From: Anaeromyxobacteraceae bacterium
Lineage (GTDB): Bacteria > Myxococcota > Myxococcia > Myxococcales > Anaeromyxobacteraceae
Assembly (NCBI GenBank): GCA_032654565.1
Contig: JAULAX010000017.1
Coordinates: 352,001-416,000, forward strand
Length of the DNA stretch: 64,000 nt
Direction: 5' to 3'
The notes under the pieces were generated by a model. The model was not told where the DNA came from. It ran no database searches and saw nothing but the letters and a program-made list of their open reading frames with translations. The translations under genes were made by a program, and so were the position numbers. Numbering within the stretch: the stretch's first letter is position 1; every line of letters begins with the position of its first letter. Positions 9,103-18,867 of this stretch are shown one piece after another.

Positions 9103-10740
9103 TCAGGCGTCGTCGCCGGTCACCGCGGCCAGCAGCGTCTCCCGGCGCGCCGAGAGCAGCCGCCCCGCCGCCGGCAGCGTCCGCCACCAGAGCCAGCCGC
9201 CCAGCCCCCCGAGCAGCAGCCAGGCCGGCGGCAGCAGCCAGGCCAGGTCCAGCTTGAGCGCCAGCAGCACCGGCAGCGCGAAGAGCCCGGTCACCCCGGA
9301 GAAGATGACCATGCCGGCCAGCGCCGAGAGCGCCGGCAGGCTGCCGCTCCGCTGCAGGCCGAGCGGGGCCACCCGCGGGTTGGAGATGGCCACCGCGTTG
9401 CCCAGCGCCAGGAACCACGGCGCGGCGCCGAGGTGGAGCACCAGCGTCCCCACCAGCGCCCAGGCCGGCGGCCAGCCCCCGGCCACCACCATGGCCAGCA
9501 CCGAGGCCAGGTGGATGGCCAGCGCCAGCGCGGCCACCGCCAGGTTCTTGGCCAGCAGCACCGACTCCAGGGCCACCGGGGCCAGGAAGTAGAGCCGGGC
9601 CCCGCCCCGCTCCCAGCCGAAGCCGTTGAGCCAGTAGGTCTGGGTGGCGAGGTGGACGTAGATGGCCACCCCCAGCACCGGCAGCGCCCGCACCACCTCG
9701 CCGGCCTCGGCCGGGATGTAGGGGCGCAGCTTCCAGGCGATCAGCCCGGCCACCGCCGGCAGGATGATCCCCAGCACCAGCGAGAGCGGGTGGCGGCTCA
9801 GGAAGGTCAGCTCGCGCTCCAGCATGGCCCCGGTGGCCCCGCCCCAGAGCCGCCCGGCCAGCGTCCCCAGCCCGCTCCCCACCCGCGCCGTGCCGCCGCC
9901 GCCGCCGTCGCGGGCCTCGTCGAGCGCCAGCCGGAAGGCGGCCCAGCCGGCGGCCACCGTGGCCAGGGCCAGCCCCGCCATCCAGGGGAGCGCCGCCCCC
10001 AGCTCGCCATGGAAGAGCCGCCGCGCCGCCCCCGCCGCCAGCGCCCCGGGCCAGCCCAGCCACTGCAGCACCTGCAGCACCGCCAGGGTGTCGCGCAGGC
10101 TCGGCCTGCTCCTGTCGAGGCCGGCCAGCAGCGCCGCCGCCAGGGCCAGCGCCACGTAGAGCCCGGCGAAGAGCACCGACTTGAGCCGGGCCCGCCGCAG
10201 CACCCGCGCCGCCAGCTCCTGCAGGAGCGCCAGCCAGGTGACCGTGGCGGCGGCGAAGAGCAGCAGCACCAGCGCCAGCAGCAGGAGCCACCCGCCGAAG
10301 CGCCCCAGCGCCGCGCCCACCAGGGCGCCCGTCAGCACCACGCACCAGAAGACGGCCAGCGGATCGCCGAGCAGCCCGGCCGCCTGCCCGTGGAGCCAGA
10401 GCATCCCCGGCCGCAGCGGGTAGACCAGGTAGCGGCGCAGGTCGAGCGCCTCCTGCTCCTGCATGGCCAGCGAGGCCGCCGTCCAGGCCTGCCAGATGCC
10501 CAGGAAGTAGGCGGTGACGGTCAGGTCCACCTGGACGCCGGCGCCGACCCCCCGGGCGGCGCGGTACATGCCGGCGGCGATGCCGACGGCCAGCAGCAGG
10601 CTGATGGGGACGAGCAGCAGGTAGCCGATGGCCTTGGCCACCAGCTCGCCGATCCCCCGCCGCCCCAGCAGCCGCCGCCAGGTGAGGCGGAAGCGCAGCT
10701 CGGCGAAGGCGGCCAGCGGGGTGTCGCGCAGCGCCGTCAC
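9103..10740 (-). CDS. ABC-2-type exporter membrane protein
   Basis: Many hydrophobic segments; overlaps the ABC ATPase stop codon. Confidence 0.7.
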   Translation of the reverse strand: MTALRDTPLAAFAELRFRLTWRRLLGRRGIGELVAKAIGYLLLVPISLLLAVGIAAGMYRAARGVGAGVQVDLTVTAYFLGIWQAWTAASLAMQEQEALDLRRYLVYPLRPGMLWLHGQAAGLLGDPLAVFWCVVLTGALVGAALGRFGGWLLLLALVLLLFAAATVTWLALLQELAARVLRRARLKSVLFAGLYVALALAAALLAGLDRSRPSLRDTLAVLQVLQWLGWPGALAAGAARRLFHGELGAALPWMAGLALATVAAGWAAFRLALDEARDGGGGGTARVGSGLGTLAGRLWGGATGAMLERELTFLSRHPLSLVLGIILPAVAGLIAWKLRPYIPAEAGEVVRALPVLGVAIYVHLATQTYWLNGFGWERGGARLYFLAPVALESVLLAKNLAVAALALAIHLASVLAMVVAGGWPPAWALVGTLVLHLGAAPWFLALGNAVAISNPRVAPLGLQRSGSLPALSALAGMVIFSGVTGLFALPVLLALKLDLAWLLPPAWLLLGGLGGWLWWRTLPAAGRLLSARRETLLAAVTGDDA

Positions 10741-11507
10741 CGGGCCGGCTCGCCCAGCCAGGAGAGCCGCCGGTCCTTGACGTCCTCGCCGACGGTGCGG
10801 ATGAAGATCTCCTCCAGCGTCCCGGCGCCGCGCACCTCCTCCAGCGTCCCCTGGGCCACCAGCCGCCCCGCCTGGATGATGCCGACGTGGGTGACCAGCC
10901 GCTCCACCACCTCGAGCACGTGGCTGGTGAGGAAGATGGTCATGCGGCCGTCCTGCACCAGGTCCTGGAGCAGCCGCCGGATGCCGCTCACCGCCACCGC
11001 GTCGATCCCCTCGAAGGGCTCGTCGAGGAAGAGCAGCCTGGGCCCGTGGATGAGGGCGCCGGCCAGCGCCAGCTTCTTCTTCATGCCGTGGCTGTAGTCG
11101 CCCACCAGCTTGCCGGCGTCGCCGGTCAGCTCCATGGCCACCAGCAGCTCCTCGGCCCGCCGCGCCGCCTCGACCCGGGTCAGGCCGTAGAGCTGGCCGT
11201 GCAGCCGCAGCTGCTCCAGGCCGGTGAGCCGCTCGAAGAGCGAGAGCCCGTCGGGCACCACCCCCACCAGCCGCTTCACCGCCAGCGCCTGGCGCCGGTC
11301 GGCGAGGTCGTGGCCGAGCACGCTGGCCCGGCCGCTGCTGGGCGCCAGCAGGCCGGTGAGCAGCTTCATGGTGGTGGACTTGCCGGCGCCGTTGGGGCCG
11401 AGGAAGCCGTAGAAGGCCCCGTCGGGCACCGCCAGCGAGAGGTCGGAGACGGCGGGCTTCCCGTCGAAGTGCCTGGTGAGCCCGTGCGTCTCGATGGCGA
11501 GATCCAT
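10737..11507 (-). CDS. ABC transporter ATP-binding protein
   Basis: GPNGAGKST, YSHGM, LFLDEP and H-loop. Confidence 0.92.
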   Translation of the reverse strand: MDLAIETHGLTRHFDGKPAVSDLSLAVPDGAFYGFLGPNGAGKSTTMKLLTGLLAPSSGRASVLGHDLADRRQALAVKRLVGVVPDGLSLFERLTGLEQLRLHGQLYGLTRVEAARRAEELLVAMELTGDAGKLVGDYSHGMKKKLALAGALIHGPRLLFLDEPFEGIDAVAVSGIRRLLQDLVQDGRMTIFLTSHVLEVVERLVTHVGIIQAGRLVAQGTLEEVRGAGTLEEIFIRTVGEDVKDRRLSWLGEPAR

Positions 11508-11580
11508 GCCCGCTCCGGGTAACACGGGGGGCGGCCCGGCGCCACCCGCCGAGGCCGCCGGCGAGGCGGGACCGCTCTAT

Positions 11581-11955
11581 TCAGTGGAGCGATTCGGACG
11601 GGGCGCTGGCCGCCTCGAAGCGGACGAAGCGGATGCCCATCCCCTGCACGCCCACCGGGACGTCCGGCCCGTCGCTGCCGGGCGCGCGCCGGCCCACCAG
11701 GTGGCACACGTAGCGCACCTCGCCCACGGCGATGATGCCGCCGCCCGACGGGCTGAAGTTGACGCGCACCTCGGAGCCGATGGGCTGCGTCACCGGCGTC
11801 TCGACGAAGAGGCCGCCCGGGGAGATGTTGCGGGCGATGCCGTGGACCTCGCCGCGCTCACCCTCGAGCCAGACGGCGAAGACCTTGTCGAGCCGCTCGG
11901 CGCCGCGCCGCTCGGCGCTGCTGGTGACTTCGATCGGCTTGGTCCGCCAGAGCAT
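11581..11955 (-). CDS. PilZ-domain protein
   Basis: RRGAER, NISPGGLF and GMGIRF motifs. Confidence 0.8.
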   Translation of the reverse strand: MLWRTKPIEVTSSAERRGAERLDKVFAVWLEGERGEVHGIARNISPGGLFVETPVTQPIGSEVRVNFSPSGGGIIAVGEVRYVCHLVGRRAPGSDGPDVPVGVQGMGIRFVRFEAASAPSESLH

Positions 11956-12043
11956 GTGGCCTCCCCTGTTGGACGGAGACCCTATGCTGGTAGGTTGATG
12001 TAGGCAAGAAACCGACCTTGCCCTACCTCGCCGGCTCCGCGGG

Positions 12044-13585
12044 CTACTTCCGGCCGCCCACCGGGATGGCCAGGAAGGCGGTGGCGGCGCCGCGCCGGAT
12101 GCGGAGCAGCGCCATGTCGCCGTCCTTGAGCTTCTCGACGATCCCGATCAGGTCGGCCGGGCGGGTCACCGGCTTCTGGTTCAGCTGGATGATGACGTCG
12201 CCGCGCTGCACGCCGGCCCCCTCGGCGGGCCCGCCTTCGACCACCTCGGTCACCACCACCCCCTTCAGGTCGGGCGGCAGCCGCAGCGCCCCGACCGCCT
12301 CGGCGTCGAGCGGCGCCACCTTGAAGCCGAGCTTGGGGGTCTTGCTCCCCTCCCGGCTCTCCTCCCCCTGGTCCCAGTCCTCGCGGCCGATGGCCGACTC
12401 GTCGTCGGGGCGCTTGCCGACGGCGAGGGTGACGGCCTTCTGGCTCCCCTTGCGGACCAGGCCGAGCTTGATCGACTGGCCCGGCGGGACCAGCGCCACG
12501 GCCCGGGAGAGGCCCGACGACGACTCGATCGGCTTGCCGTCGAGCGAGGTGATGACATCCCCCGGCTCGAGGCCGGCCTTCTCTGCCGGCGTCCTCGGCA
12601 CCACCTGCTGGACCAGCGCCCCCTTGCTGCCCGGAGGCAGCCCGAAGGCCACCGCCAGGTCCGGGGTCAGCTCGGAGAGCGACACCCCGACGTAGCCGCG
12701 GACCACCTTGCCGCCGGCCTTGAGCTGCGGCAGGAGCGCCTTGGCCAGGGTGATGGGGACGGCGAAGCCGATGCCCTGGCCGACCTGCGGGTTGATGATG
12801 GCGGTGTTGATGCCCACCACCTCGCCGCGCAGGTTGAAGAGCGGGCCGCCGGAGTTGCCGGGGTTGATGGCCGCGTCGGTCTGCAGGAAATCGTCGTAGG
12901 GGCTGGAGGTGCCCACCCCGCCGCGGTGCTTGGCCGAGATGATCCCCATGGTGGCGGTGCCGGAGAGCCCGAACGGCGAGCCGAGCGCCAGCACGAAGTC
13001 CCCCTGCCGGATGGCGTCGGAGTCGCCCAGCACCACGGTGGGCAGGTCACGGGGCGGGGCGTTGAGCTTGATCAGGGCCACGTCGGTGAGCGGGTCGGTG
13101 CCCACCACCTTGGCGACGAACTCGCGGTCGTCGGCCAGCTTGACGCGGATGTCGGTGGCGTTGGCCACCACGTGGTTGTTGGTGAGGATGTACCCCTCGC
13201 CGTTGAGCACGAAGCCGGAGCCGAGCCCCTGCCCGCGCAGCTCGGCGGGCCCCTCCCCGCCCCCGCCCTGGCCGGGGGGCAGGCCGAAGAACCGCTCCAG
13301 CCCGTCGGGCAGCTGGCCGTGCCGGACACCGCGCGGGTGCTTGGTGACGGTGGTGGTGGAGATGTTGACCACCGCCGGCTTGAGCCGCTCGATGAGGGGG
13401 GCCAGCGAGGCGCTGCCGGGGACGGCGGCGTCGGCCGGCGCGGTCACCAGCACCGAGGCCTCCTTGAAGAGGGCGCTGCCGGCGCGGGCCGGCTGCTCGG
13501 CCCCGGCCCGGTCCCGGCCGGTGCAGGCCACCAGGGCGGCGACCAGGGTGGAGGCGACGGTGAAGGTGAGCAGGAAGCGGCGCAT
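12044..13585 (-). CDS. degP: DegP/HtrA serine protease with two PDZ domains, probable lipoprotein
   Basis: TNNHV, TDVAL and GNSGGP catalytic triad motifs; LVAC lipobox. Confidence 0.9.
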   Translation of the reverse strand: MRRFLLTFTVASTLVAALVACTGRDRAGAEQPARAGSALFKEASVLVTAPADAAVPGSASLAPLIERLKPAVVNISTTTVTKHPRGVRHGQLPDGLERFFGLPPGQGGGGEGPAELRGQGLGSGFVLNGEGYILTNNHVVANATDIRVKLADDREFVAKVVGTDPLTDVALIKLNAPPRDLPTVVLGDSDAIRQGDFVLALGSPFGLSGTATMGIISAKHRGGVGTSSPYDDFLQTDAAINPGNSGGPLFNLRGEVVGINTAIINPQVGQGIGFAVPITLAKALLPQLKAGGKVVRGYVGVSLSELTPDLAVAFGLPPGSKGALVQQVVPRTPAEKAGLEPGDVITSLDGKPIESSSGLSRAVALVPPGQSIKLGLVRKGSQKAVTLAVGKRPDDESAIGREDWDQGEESREGSKTPKLGFKVAPLDAEAVGALRLPPDLKGVVVTEVVEGGPAEGAGVQRGDVIIQLNQKPVTRPADLIGIVEKLKDGDMALLRIRRGAATAFLAIPVGGRK

Positions 13586-13679
13586 GGTGGTCCTCGAGCT
13601 GGGCGGAGAGTTCAGGGGTCCGCCCACCAAGACCACCGGGGTCGTCGAATTATTCCCTGGAACCCGCGCAGGAGGGGAC

Positions 13680-14069
13680 CTACAGCCCCAGCAGCAGGGC
13701 GATCGACTTCTCGTCGGCCGGCGGGAACTGGTAGTGGTCCAGCTCCTGCGGCAGCACCCAGCGGTGGTCGTTGATCCGGTCGTGGCGGGGCGTCCCGGAG
13801 ATGAGCCGGCAGCGGTAGACGCAGAAGTCGATGTCGTAGGCCTCGTAGGCGTGCTCCACGTGGATGACCCGATCGCCCGGCTCCACCAGCAGCCCGGCCA
13901 GCTCGAGCACCTCCCGGGCCAGCGCCCCCTGGTCGGTCTCGCCCGGCTCGACCCGCCCGCCGGGGAACTCCCAGAGCAGCGGCAGCGACGCCGTGGCGGG
14001 GCGCTGGGTGATGAGGTAGCGCCCGTCCTGCTCGATCATCGCCCCGACCACCCGAAGCTTCCGACGCAT
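13680..14069 (-). CDS. NUDIX hydrolase (MutT/NudG-like)
   Basis: WEFPGGRVEPGETDQGALAREVLE Nudix box. Confidence 0.88.
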   Translation of the reverse strand: MRRKLRVVGAMIEQDGRYLITQRPATASLPLLWEFPGGRVEPGETDQGALAREVLELAGLLVEPGDRVIHVEHAYEAYDIDFCVYRCRLISGTPRHDRINDHRWVLPQELDHYQFPPADEKSIALLLGL

Positions 14070-14234
14070 CGACCCCCCTGGATCCTCGCCCCACGCCGGG
14101 GCCCCCGTGGCCATCGCGGTGACTGCGACGGGATTGTAGAATCGACGCGCCATGCCGTCCATCCTCACCCCCCACCGGAGCCGTCCCGTCGCCTGGCGGC
14201 CCGCCCCTCCCGGCCTCGGGCCGAGGGCCCCGGC

Positions 14235-15113
14235 GTGAACCTCGACCCCCGCCTCGGCCCGGTGCTGCTCGACGGCGCCATGGGGACGGCGCTGCAGGCG
14301 GCCGGCCTCCCGCCCGGCGACCTGCCGGAGCGCTGGCTGCTGGAGCGGCCCGACGCCGTCCGCGCCGTCCACGCCGCCCACGCCGCCGCCGGCGCCAGCC
14401 TGCTGCTCACCTGCACCTTCAACGCCGCCTCGCCGCGGCTGGCCGCCGCCCGGCCCGGCGCCTCGCCGGAGCGGCTCTGCCGCCTGGCCGTGGCGCTGGC
14501 GCGGGAGGCGGCGCCCGGGGCCCGGGTGGCCGGGGCGCTGGGTCCGCTGGCGCTGGCCCGGCCGGGCGGGACCGCCCCTGCGGCGGCGCGGCGGCGGGCC
14601 CCCTTCGAGCGGCCGCTGGCGGCTTTGGCCGAGGCCGGCGCCGACCTGCTCTGGCTGGAGAGCCAGTACGACTGGCGCGAGGCCGAGTCGGCGCTGGCCG
14701 CGGCGGTGGGCGTCGGCCTGCCGGTGGCGGTCACCTTCACCCTGCTGGTGCGCGACGGCCGGCTGGTGGCGCCCGACGGGACCCCGGCCGAGGCGCTCCT
14801 CTGCCGCGCCGCCGGGTACGCCGGGGCCGGGCGGCGCGACGGCCGGGTGGTGGCGGTGGGGGTGAACTGCGTGGCGGCCGACGAGCCGCTCGCGGCGCTG
14901 GCGGGCTGGGCCCGGGCCACGCTGCCGGTCCCGTTCATCGCCAAGCCGAGCCCGGGCCTGCCCGGCCAGGTGCTGGCCCCGGCCGCCTTCGCCGCGGCGC
15001 TGGCCCCCGCGGTCGCCGCCGGGGCCCGGCTGGTGGGCGGCTGCTGCGGGGCCACCGCCGGCCACCTGGCGGCGCTGGCCGGCCTGCTTCAGTCCAGCCA
15101 GGCGCGCGGGTAG
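14235..15113 (+). CDS. Homocysteine S-methyltransferase family protein (stand-alone domain)
   Basis: LLDGAMGT, GVNC and VGGCCG zinc-ligand motifs; GTG start. Confidence 0.85.
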   Translation: MNLDPRLGPVLLDGAMGTALQAAGLPPGDLPERWLLERPDAVRAVHAAHAAAGASLLLTCTFNAASPRLAAARPGASPERLCRLAVALAREAAPGARVAGALGPLALARPGGTAPAAARRRAPFERPLAALAEAGADLLWLESQYDWREAESALAAAVGVGLPVAVTFTLLVRDGRLVAPDGTPAEALLCRAAGYAGAGRRDGRVVAVGVNCVAADEPLAALAGWARATLPVPFIAKPSPGLPGQVLAPAAFAAALAPAVAAGARLVGGCCGATAGHLAALAGLLQSSQARG

Positions 15114-15919
15114 GAGCCGAGCACGTAGAAGCGGTGCACCAGCCCCCGCACCCCCTCCAGCGCCGCGGCGCACGGCGCGTCGAGCCGGTGCCCCTCGAAG
15201 TCGACGAAGAAGACGTAGTGGCCGAGCGCCTGCTTCATGGGGCGGCTCTCGATCTTGGAGAGGTTGAGTCCGCGCGAGGCGAACTCGCCCATCACCTCGT
15301 AGAGGCCGCCGGGCCGGTCGCGGTCGAGCGTGAAGGCGATGCTGGTCCGGTCGCGGCCGGTGGGCGCCTCGTCGGCGCGGGCCACCAGCACGAAGCGGGT
15401 GGTGTTCTCGTCGGCGTCCTGGATCGACTCGGCGATGATGGCCAGGCCGTAGCGCCCGGCGGCGGCGCGCGAGCCGATGGCGGCGGCGCCGGCCAGCCCC
15501 CGGCTCACCTGGATGGCGGCGTCGGCGGTGGAGTGGGTGGCCTCCAGCCGCGCCCCGGGGAGCCGCTCGCGCAGGAAGCGGGCGCACTGGCCGAGCGGCT
15601 GGGGGTGGGAGAGCACCCGGGTCAGCTGGGCCAGCGTGGTGCCGGCCGGGGCCAGCAGCTGCTGCTGCACCGGCAGCAGCACCTCTCGCCGGATCATCAG
15701 GCCGGGGCGGTGGGCCAGCAGGTCGAGGGTGGTGCCGATGGCGCCGTCGATGGAGTTCTCGATGGCCAGCAGCGCCGCCTCGGCCTTGCCGGCCAGCACC
15801 GCGTCCCAGGCGTCGGGGAAGGAGCCGCAGGGGAGCGGCTCGTCGCCGCCGGCGAGGTCGCAGCGGGCCACGGCCTCTTCGCTGAAGGTGCCCGGAGGGC
15901 CGAGGTAGGCGATGCGCAT
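15089..15919 (-). CDS. pheA: Prephenate dehydratase
   Basis: AYLGPPGTFS, IENSIDG, NTTRF and the ACT-domain IESRP motif. Confidence 0.93.
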   Translation of the reverse strand: MRIAYLGPPGTFSEEAVARCDLAGGDEPLPCGSFPDAWDAVLAGKAEAALLAIENSIDGAIGTTLDLLAHRPGLMIRREVLLPVQQQLLAPAGTTLAQLTRVLSHPQPLGQCARFLRERLPGARLEATHSTADAAIQVSRGLAGAAAIGSRAAAGRYGLAIIAESIQDADENTTRFVLVARADEAPTGRDRTSIAFTLDRDRPGGLYEVMGEFASRGLNLSKIESRPMKQALGHYVFFVDFEGHRLDAPCAAALEGVRGLVHRFYVLGSYPRAWLD

Positions 15920-15993
15920 GGGGGGGCGAAGATAGCAGAGCTCCGGTCCCCGTCGAAGCCGCCGAGGCCGGCGACGGCCTGGCTCGGCGGGCG

Positions 15994-16659
15994 CTACCGG
16001 ACTGGTCCAACCGCCTGGAGCCGGGCGACCAGCGGGGCCAGCTCGGCCATGGCGGTGACCAGGTGGTCGGCCAGCGGCGCCAGCACCTCGCGGCTGGCCG
16101 CCCCCCAGCAGACGCCGACGGTGACCGTCCCGGCCCCGCGCCCGGCCACCAGGTCGTGCGGCGAGTCGCCGATCATCACCGCCTCGCCCGGCGCCCGGTC
16201 GACCCGGGAGAGCGCGAAGCGGACCGGCATGGGGTCGGGCTTGCTCCGCGCCACGGTGTCGGCGGCGACCACCACGTCCACCAGCTCGAGCAGGCCGACG
16301 TGGCGCAGCGTCCGCTCCGCCCCCGCCGCGAGCTTGGCCGTCACCACGCCGATGGGGTGGCCGGCAGCCCGGAGGCCGCGCACCAGGTCGGCGGCGCCGG
16401 GGAAGAGGTGGGTGGCGGCGTCGTGGTGCTGGAGCCAGTAGGCCCGGTAGCGCTGGAAGAGCGGCTCGGCCAGGTCGGGCGAGGCGGCCAGCGCCTCGAG
16501 CTGGGCGCGCAGCGGCGTGCCGATGCCTGCGATCCACTCGGCGTCGGTGGGGGTGCGCGGCTGGCCCTCGAAGGCGTGGCGGACGGCGGCGAGGATGAAG
16601 GGGACGGTGTCGACGAGCGTGCCGTCGAGATCGAAGAGGACGGCGATGGGGCGGGGCAC
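15994..16659 (-). CDS. HAD-family hydrolase (PpaX/Gph-like)
   Basis: FDLDGTLVD, KPDP and GDSPHD motifs. Confidence 0.88.
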   Translation of the reverse strand: MPRPIAVLFDLDGTLVDTVPFILAAVRHAFEGQPRTPTDAEWIAGIGTPLRAQLEALAASPDLAEPLFQRYRAYWLQHHDAATHLFPGAADLVRGLRAAGHPIGVVTAKLAAGAERTLRHVGLLELVDVVVAADTVARSKPDPMPVRFALSRVDRAPGEAVMIGDSPHDLVAGRGAGTVTVGVCWGAASREVLAPLADHLVTAMAELAPLVARLQAVGPVR

Positions 16660-16722
16660 GGGGGGAAGGTAGGACGGGGCGGCGCGAGGGGCAAGGTGGA
16701 GCGGCGGCCCTCGGCTCGGCGG

Positions 16723-16737
16723 GAGCGGCCCGATCGG
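16723..16737. repeat. 15-bp direct repeat, copy 1
   Basis: GAGCGGCCCGATCGG, identical to 17981..17995. Confidence 0.8.
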
Positions 16738-16852
16738 CCGCGGTTGGTTCCGAGCCTTGGTCCTTGGCGGCGGCGGTCACGGCCGCACTCACGAAGGTGC
16801 TGTACCAAGACCTCGCTGAAGGAAGCCAACTCGCCCCCTGCGGCGGCGTAGT

Positions 16853-17225
16853 TGTCGCCTCCACCTGAAATTCGGCGGGGGCGAGGAAGCGATCGCTACG
16901 TGACGAAGCCGTTCTCGGCGGGGCTCAAGGAGAAGAAGGTTGCGCGGCTGACCGGGAGGGACGCGGCCGCCTCTGCCGCCGCCGCTCCCTCGATGACCGG
17001 CACAGCCCCGAACGCGGTCCCTCTTTCGCGATTCCCGACGTCGGGAATCGCCAATGGGGGAGGCGAAAGGGCGCACGCACCGCGCGATGACATCGCGGCC
17101 GTGAAGCGCTCCGTATGGCAACGCGATGGCGGCCGCTGCGCCTGGCCGATCGACCGCGGTGGAACCTGCGGTTCGACGCATCTGCTGGAGTTCGACCACG
17201 TCGTGCCGTGGGTGGAGTGGGGTGC
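16853..17225 (+). pseudogene. Composite relic: possible IS end and transposase N-terminus joined to a truncated HNH endonuclease fragment
   Basis: TGTCG end, then VTKPFSAGLKEKKVARLTGRDA, then VWQRDGGRCAW...CGSTHLLEFDHVVPW, which stops before the N/H residues of the HNH motif. Confidence 0.55.
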
Positions 17226-17296
17226 GGCCCGGACAGGCCGGAGCCGGGGCGCGAGTTCAACTTGACCCCGGTCCGACCACCTGATCCAATCGCCCG

Positions 17297-17905
17297 GTGA
17301 CTCGCGAGCCCACCACCGCGCCCGGTCGCTTTGCCGCCGGCGGCTCGCTCTACCGGCGGGTTCGCAAGGGCTTCGCCGTGGTGGAGCTGGCGCTGCTCGG
17401 GCTGTTCATCTGGTCGATCGTCGCCACGCAGGTGAGCGGCTACCAGGCGCCGCTCTGGAGCGGCCTGCCCCAGGCGACCGCCATCGGCGCCGCCCTCTCC
17501 TCGCTGCTCGCCCTGGTCCTGCTGCTGCCGCTCTGGGGGCTGGTGCGCGCCGCCCTGGCACGGGTCCGGCCGGGGTGTACGGTGTCGGGGATACCTCCCA
17601 CCTCGCGACGCCCCCCCGTGGCCTGCCTCCTCGCCGCCACCGCGCTGACCGCGGGGTGCGCCCTCCCCGGGCCGCGGCCCCCCGAGTCGCGGGTGGCCGA
17701 CGTCCGGCCGGAGCAGGATCCCACCTCGCGCGGCACCGCGCGGGGACAGCACCTCCCGCTCTCCGAGTCCGAGCAGGTGGTGGTGGGCGCGAGGAGCGAC
17801 GCCGCAGGGAACGTGATGGTTGGGCGGGACGTCTCGCCGGTCTTCACTCCCGAGCAGGAGGAGGAGCTCCGCAAGGCCAGGTCCCGGGGCGACGCCCGGA
17901 AGTGA
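17297..17905 (+). CDS. Hypothetical membrane protein with internal lipobox
   Basis: Two hydrophobic helices, then a signal-like RRPPVACLLAATALTAGC segment. Confidence 0.5.
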   Translation: MTREPTTAPGRFAAGGSLYRRVRKGFAVVELALLGLFIWSIVATQVSGYQAPLWSGLPQATAIGAALSSLLALVLLLPLWGLVRAALARVRPGCTVSGIPPTSRRPPVACLLAATALTAGCALPGPRPPESRVADVRPEQDPTSRGTARGQHLPLSESEQVVVGARSDAAGNVMVGRDVSPVFTPEQEEELRKARSRGDARK

Positions 17906-17937
17906 AGAAGGCCCTCCGAGGTCCGACCCGGAGGGCC
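17904..17937 (-). terminator. Hairpin downstream of the duplicated tRNA 3' end
   Basis: GGCCCTCCG/CGGAGGGCC stem, followed by TTCTTC on the minus strand. Confidence 0.6.
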
Positions 17938-17945
17938 GTGCACGA

Positions 17946-17981
17946 TGGGCGATGCAGGGCTCGAACCTGCGACCCCTGCCG
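17946..17981 (-). repeat. att-like duplicate of the tRNA-Val 3' half (36 bp)
   Basis: TGGGCGATGCAGGGCTCGAACCTGCGACCCCTGCCG, identical to 18921..18956. Confidence 0.95.
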
Positions 17982-18012
17982 AGCGGCCCGATCGGTCGGG
18001 CTGGCCGCCGGG

Positions 18013-18867
18013 CTAGCGCCCGGCCGGCGTCTCGGGAGCGCCGCTGGTGGGCGCAGCCGCCACCGGCGCCGCCGCGCAGCGGAACCCGGTCAGCTCGAAC
18101 CGCTCGTGCGGGTGGTTGAGGCCGCGGAAGCCGGCCGCCAGGAACCAGTCGAGGGAGTCGCCCCAGGAGCCGCCGCGGAGGACCCGCTCGCGCTCGTCGC
18201 CGCTGGCGGTCCACTCCCGCACGTTGCCGCCCAGGTCGTGGAGGCCGTCGGGGCTGTCGCCGTCGGGGTGCGAGGCCACCGGGCAGGTCCCCTGCCGACC
18301 CCCGGCACCGAGCGCGCTCCCCGCCCCATCCCAGCAGGCCCGGGTCCCCGGCGCCGCCTCACCCCACGGGTAGCGGCTGTTCCGCGCCTGGCCCCGCGCC
18401 GCCCACTCCCACTCCCCCTCGGTCGGCAGCCGCTTCCCCTGCCAGCGGCAGGCGGCGTCGGCCTCCGTCCAGGAGACGCAGTTGACCGGGTGGCTCCCCC
18501 TGCCCTTGACGCCGAAGGTGGCCGCCTTGCTGCAGGCCAGCCCCTCGGCGGCGCAGGCCCCAGCGCCGACGCAAGCGGCGTAGGTGTCGGCGGTCACCTC
18601 GCTCACGTCGAGGCAGAACGGCGCCAGCTCCACCGCGGCGCTGCCGTCGGCCAGGGTGAAGCGGCCAGCGCCGAGCAGGTGCATCCCCTCCCCGCAGGCG
18701 AGCGGGGCGGGCCCGGGAGTGATCGCGGCCTGGGCCGTGGGCGCGGGCGGGGACGCAGGCGGTGACGGGGACGGCGGCTCGGCCGCCGCGGCCACGGCGG
18801 CGCTGAGCAGGGCGGCGAGCGCGATGATCGGGCACCAGCGTGGGGATCGGGCAGGAGGAGGGGCCAT
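18013..18867 (-). CDS. Secreted FGE-sulfatase (SUMF1/EgtB/PvdO) domain protein
   Basis: Signal peptide; RLPTEGEWEWAARG, GLHDLGGNVREW, RGGSW and GFRCA motifs. Confidence 0.88.
   Translation of the reverse strand: MAPPPARSPRWCPIIALAALLSAAVAAAAEPPSPSPPASPPAPTAQAAITPGPAPLACGEGMHLLGAGRFTLADGSAAVELAPFCLDVSEVTADTYAACVGAGACAAEGLACSKAATFGVKGRGSHPVNCVSWTEADAACRWQGKRLPTEGEWEWAARGQARNSRYPWGEAAPGTRACWDGAGSALGAGGRQGTCPVASHPDGDSPDGLHDLGGNVREWTASGDERERVLRGGSWGDSLDWFLAAGFRGLNHPHERFELTGFRCAAAPVAAAPTSGAPETPAGR

Noticed and set aside
11994..12029. Imperfect hairpin GTAGGCAAG...CTTGCCCTAC between degP and the PilZ gene
   Set aside because: Short, with no recognisable riboswitch motif; more simply a weak terminator or promoter region.
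17946..17981. Second tRNA gene
   Set aside because: Only the 3' half is present; the D arm and anticodon are missing.
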